Part shown: positions 62,261 to 64,000 of the stretch, piece by piece
Layout of the letters: each line of letters opens with the position of its first letter
Position numbering within the stretch: position 1 is the first letter of the stretch
Assembly (NCBI RefSeq): GCF_009834535.1
Contig: NC_045696.1
Coordinates: 117,740,001 to 117,804,000 of the forward strand
DNA from: Camelus ferus
Lineage: Eukaryota
DNA: 64,000 bases
Reading direction: 5' to 3'
Notes under the pieces: model-generated
Seen by the model: the letters and a program-made list of their open reading frames with translations, nothing else
Databases searched by the model: none
Told to the model about the DNA's origin: nothing
Translations under genes and position numbers: made by a program

Positions 62261-64000
62261 AAACCTCCAGCTCTAGGTCTCTGAGCTTTAAGAGGTGGGA
62301 AGTCGAGGAGTGAGGAGAGGGTTATGTGCAGTAAAATAATTTAGACTCTAAAGAGAAGTAAGAATATTTCCTTTTCCTACACAAGAAAGCTGCTTTTTTT
62401 TTTTCCTCCAGTGAGTGAATCTAATCTGTGACCTCAATTTGAGCTTCAGAAAAACAGGAAACATTAATACGAAAATACTCACCCCCCACAAATTGATTTA
62501 ATAGACTGAAAATAAATACTGCAAGCAGTTCTCACCATAATATTTGGTCAATTTTGGAACTTCTGATTCTAAGTCGTGTTTCCCTAACATATTCTCCGTG
62601 TTTTCTATGAAGCGGGAAATACTCGGTACCAAATTCAGTGGTGTAAAATCAGCCCTTGGGAGAGTTCCAGCTGTTCCCTGAGGCATCTCAGAATGGTGCT
62701 GTGGGCTGGCTGGCAGCAGCAGCTGTCCCTGGAAGAACAGAGGAGGCCAGACAACAGAGGGGAGGGCTTTGCACAAAGTGAAGCTGTGGGCATCCTGTGG
62801 ACACATCAGGAATCGGGATCAGAAGAAAGAAATGTGGGTAGCTTGATAGGATACAGATTCCCCCATCCTGGGGGCCTGGAGGGTCAGCATGAGAGCCACT
62901 GCTCTTTGTCCAGTCACCTTGAACCCTGGATGACCAAGGTCAGGGATCAGCATCCTAGGACACTGGTTCACAGCCAACATATCGCCAAGGGCAGAATCCT
63001 TTTTCTGGCATCAACATGAGCTCTTTGGATGAAATACCTGAGAAATGGTTCTATTGTCCACCACACCAATTCGTATTGAGAAATCTGTTCCCAGCACAGG
63101 AATTTTCTGTTTTGTAGAAGTAGCCTAAGATTCCTGGAAGAAAAAAGACATTTTCTGGCTAAGAACCAGTAGAGCAAGAGTGAAGCAGACATAAATGCCA
63201 ATGGTCTTCTGTTACTACTGAACTCATTAATTCTCTGGCCACCAGATTCTATCCAGCATTCATTATTTCTCTCTCAGTTCGGCAAAATAGTTTGCATATT
63301 ATCAGTCACCTGAATGTAGCCTCATGAGCTGTGATGTTGGGTGAATCACTCCCTCTCTCTGGTCTAGGTGTCTGTGAAAGGAGGGGTGTCATCGCAGACG
63401 TCATTTACAAACGTTTGCGGTAGAATCCATTTTACGAACAAAACATTAGCTAAGAATTGGAGCTGCTCTATTCAAAACTGGGAGTGGAGCCCCCGCTCAG
63501 CTCCTAGTCTTCTTTATGGGGCTTGGGCTGCCTTTACTAAATTCCAAGGCTGCTCAGAACCCGGCATAACTTTATCTAAACTAGACGCTGGATATCTCTT
63601 CCAACAGAAAGTGTGATTGAATGTTGGGGTCTCCCTTTATGTGTCCCAAGATGTGGGGTGTGCGGGTTACTGGCACAGAGGGGCTAAGCCAGCATCTCAC
63701 ACAGCGAGACCAAACATGGTGCTGCAGGTCCCACAAGCACCAGCTCATGGTCTTAGCTGGGAGGGAATTTGGGTCTCCAGGCAGTCAGGCATCCAAGTTG
63801 ACCGTCCTTTTTCACAATTTTTTTTTTTTTTTGAAGAGACTGACTGTTCCAGTTGTCCTGAAGACACAGGATTTTGTTTCCTTTCTTTCTCTCTAACTGG
63901 CAGTGGGAAAGAAGTTTTCAATGAGGTCTGGACTTTTCATTTGTCTTGGCTATCACTTATCATCAGTCATTTTAAGAACCAGTTGAGAGTCTAAAGATTA

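Noticed and set aside
1..64000. A novel multi-gene system or a named host gene
   Set aside because: No recognisable coding exons or consistent exon chain; the many 60-140 aa ORFs are what repeat-rich mammalian DNA gives by chance

Overview
Mammalian genomic DNA, most likely camelid. That inference rests on three tRNA-derived SINEs resembling the vic-1 family plus young artiodactyl-type L1 3' ends. I can recognise no host protein-coding gene, rRNA, true tRNA gene or CRISPR array. The only recognisable peptides in the ORF track are decayed LINE-1 ORF2 C-terminal fragments. The window looks like intergenic or large-intron sequence: a mosaic of L1, L2, MIR, SINE, ERV/MaLR solo LTRs and hAT MITEs, with several repeat-free, motif-rich stretches that look like enhancers. 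The most unusual structures are two composite retro-insertions about 8 kb apart (17902-18885 and 26594-27215). Each carries a polyadenylated non-L1 tail (AATAAA plus A-tail on the minus strand) joined to an inverted L1 fragment. The first has a perfect 13-bp TSD and a ~113-bp inverted duplication. There is also a candidate non-coding exon near a CpG-rich segment (19879-20990), candidate CTCF sites and a G4 motif. I found no evidence of a new multi-gene system. Repeat family names come from recalled consensus similarity, not a database search, and boundaries of old repeats are approximate.
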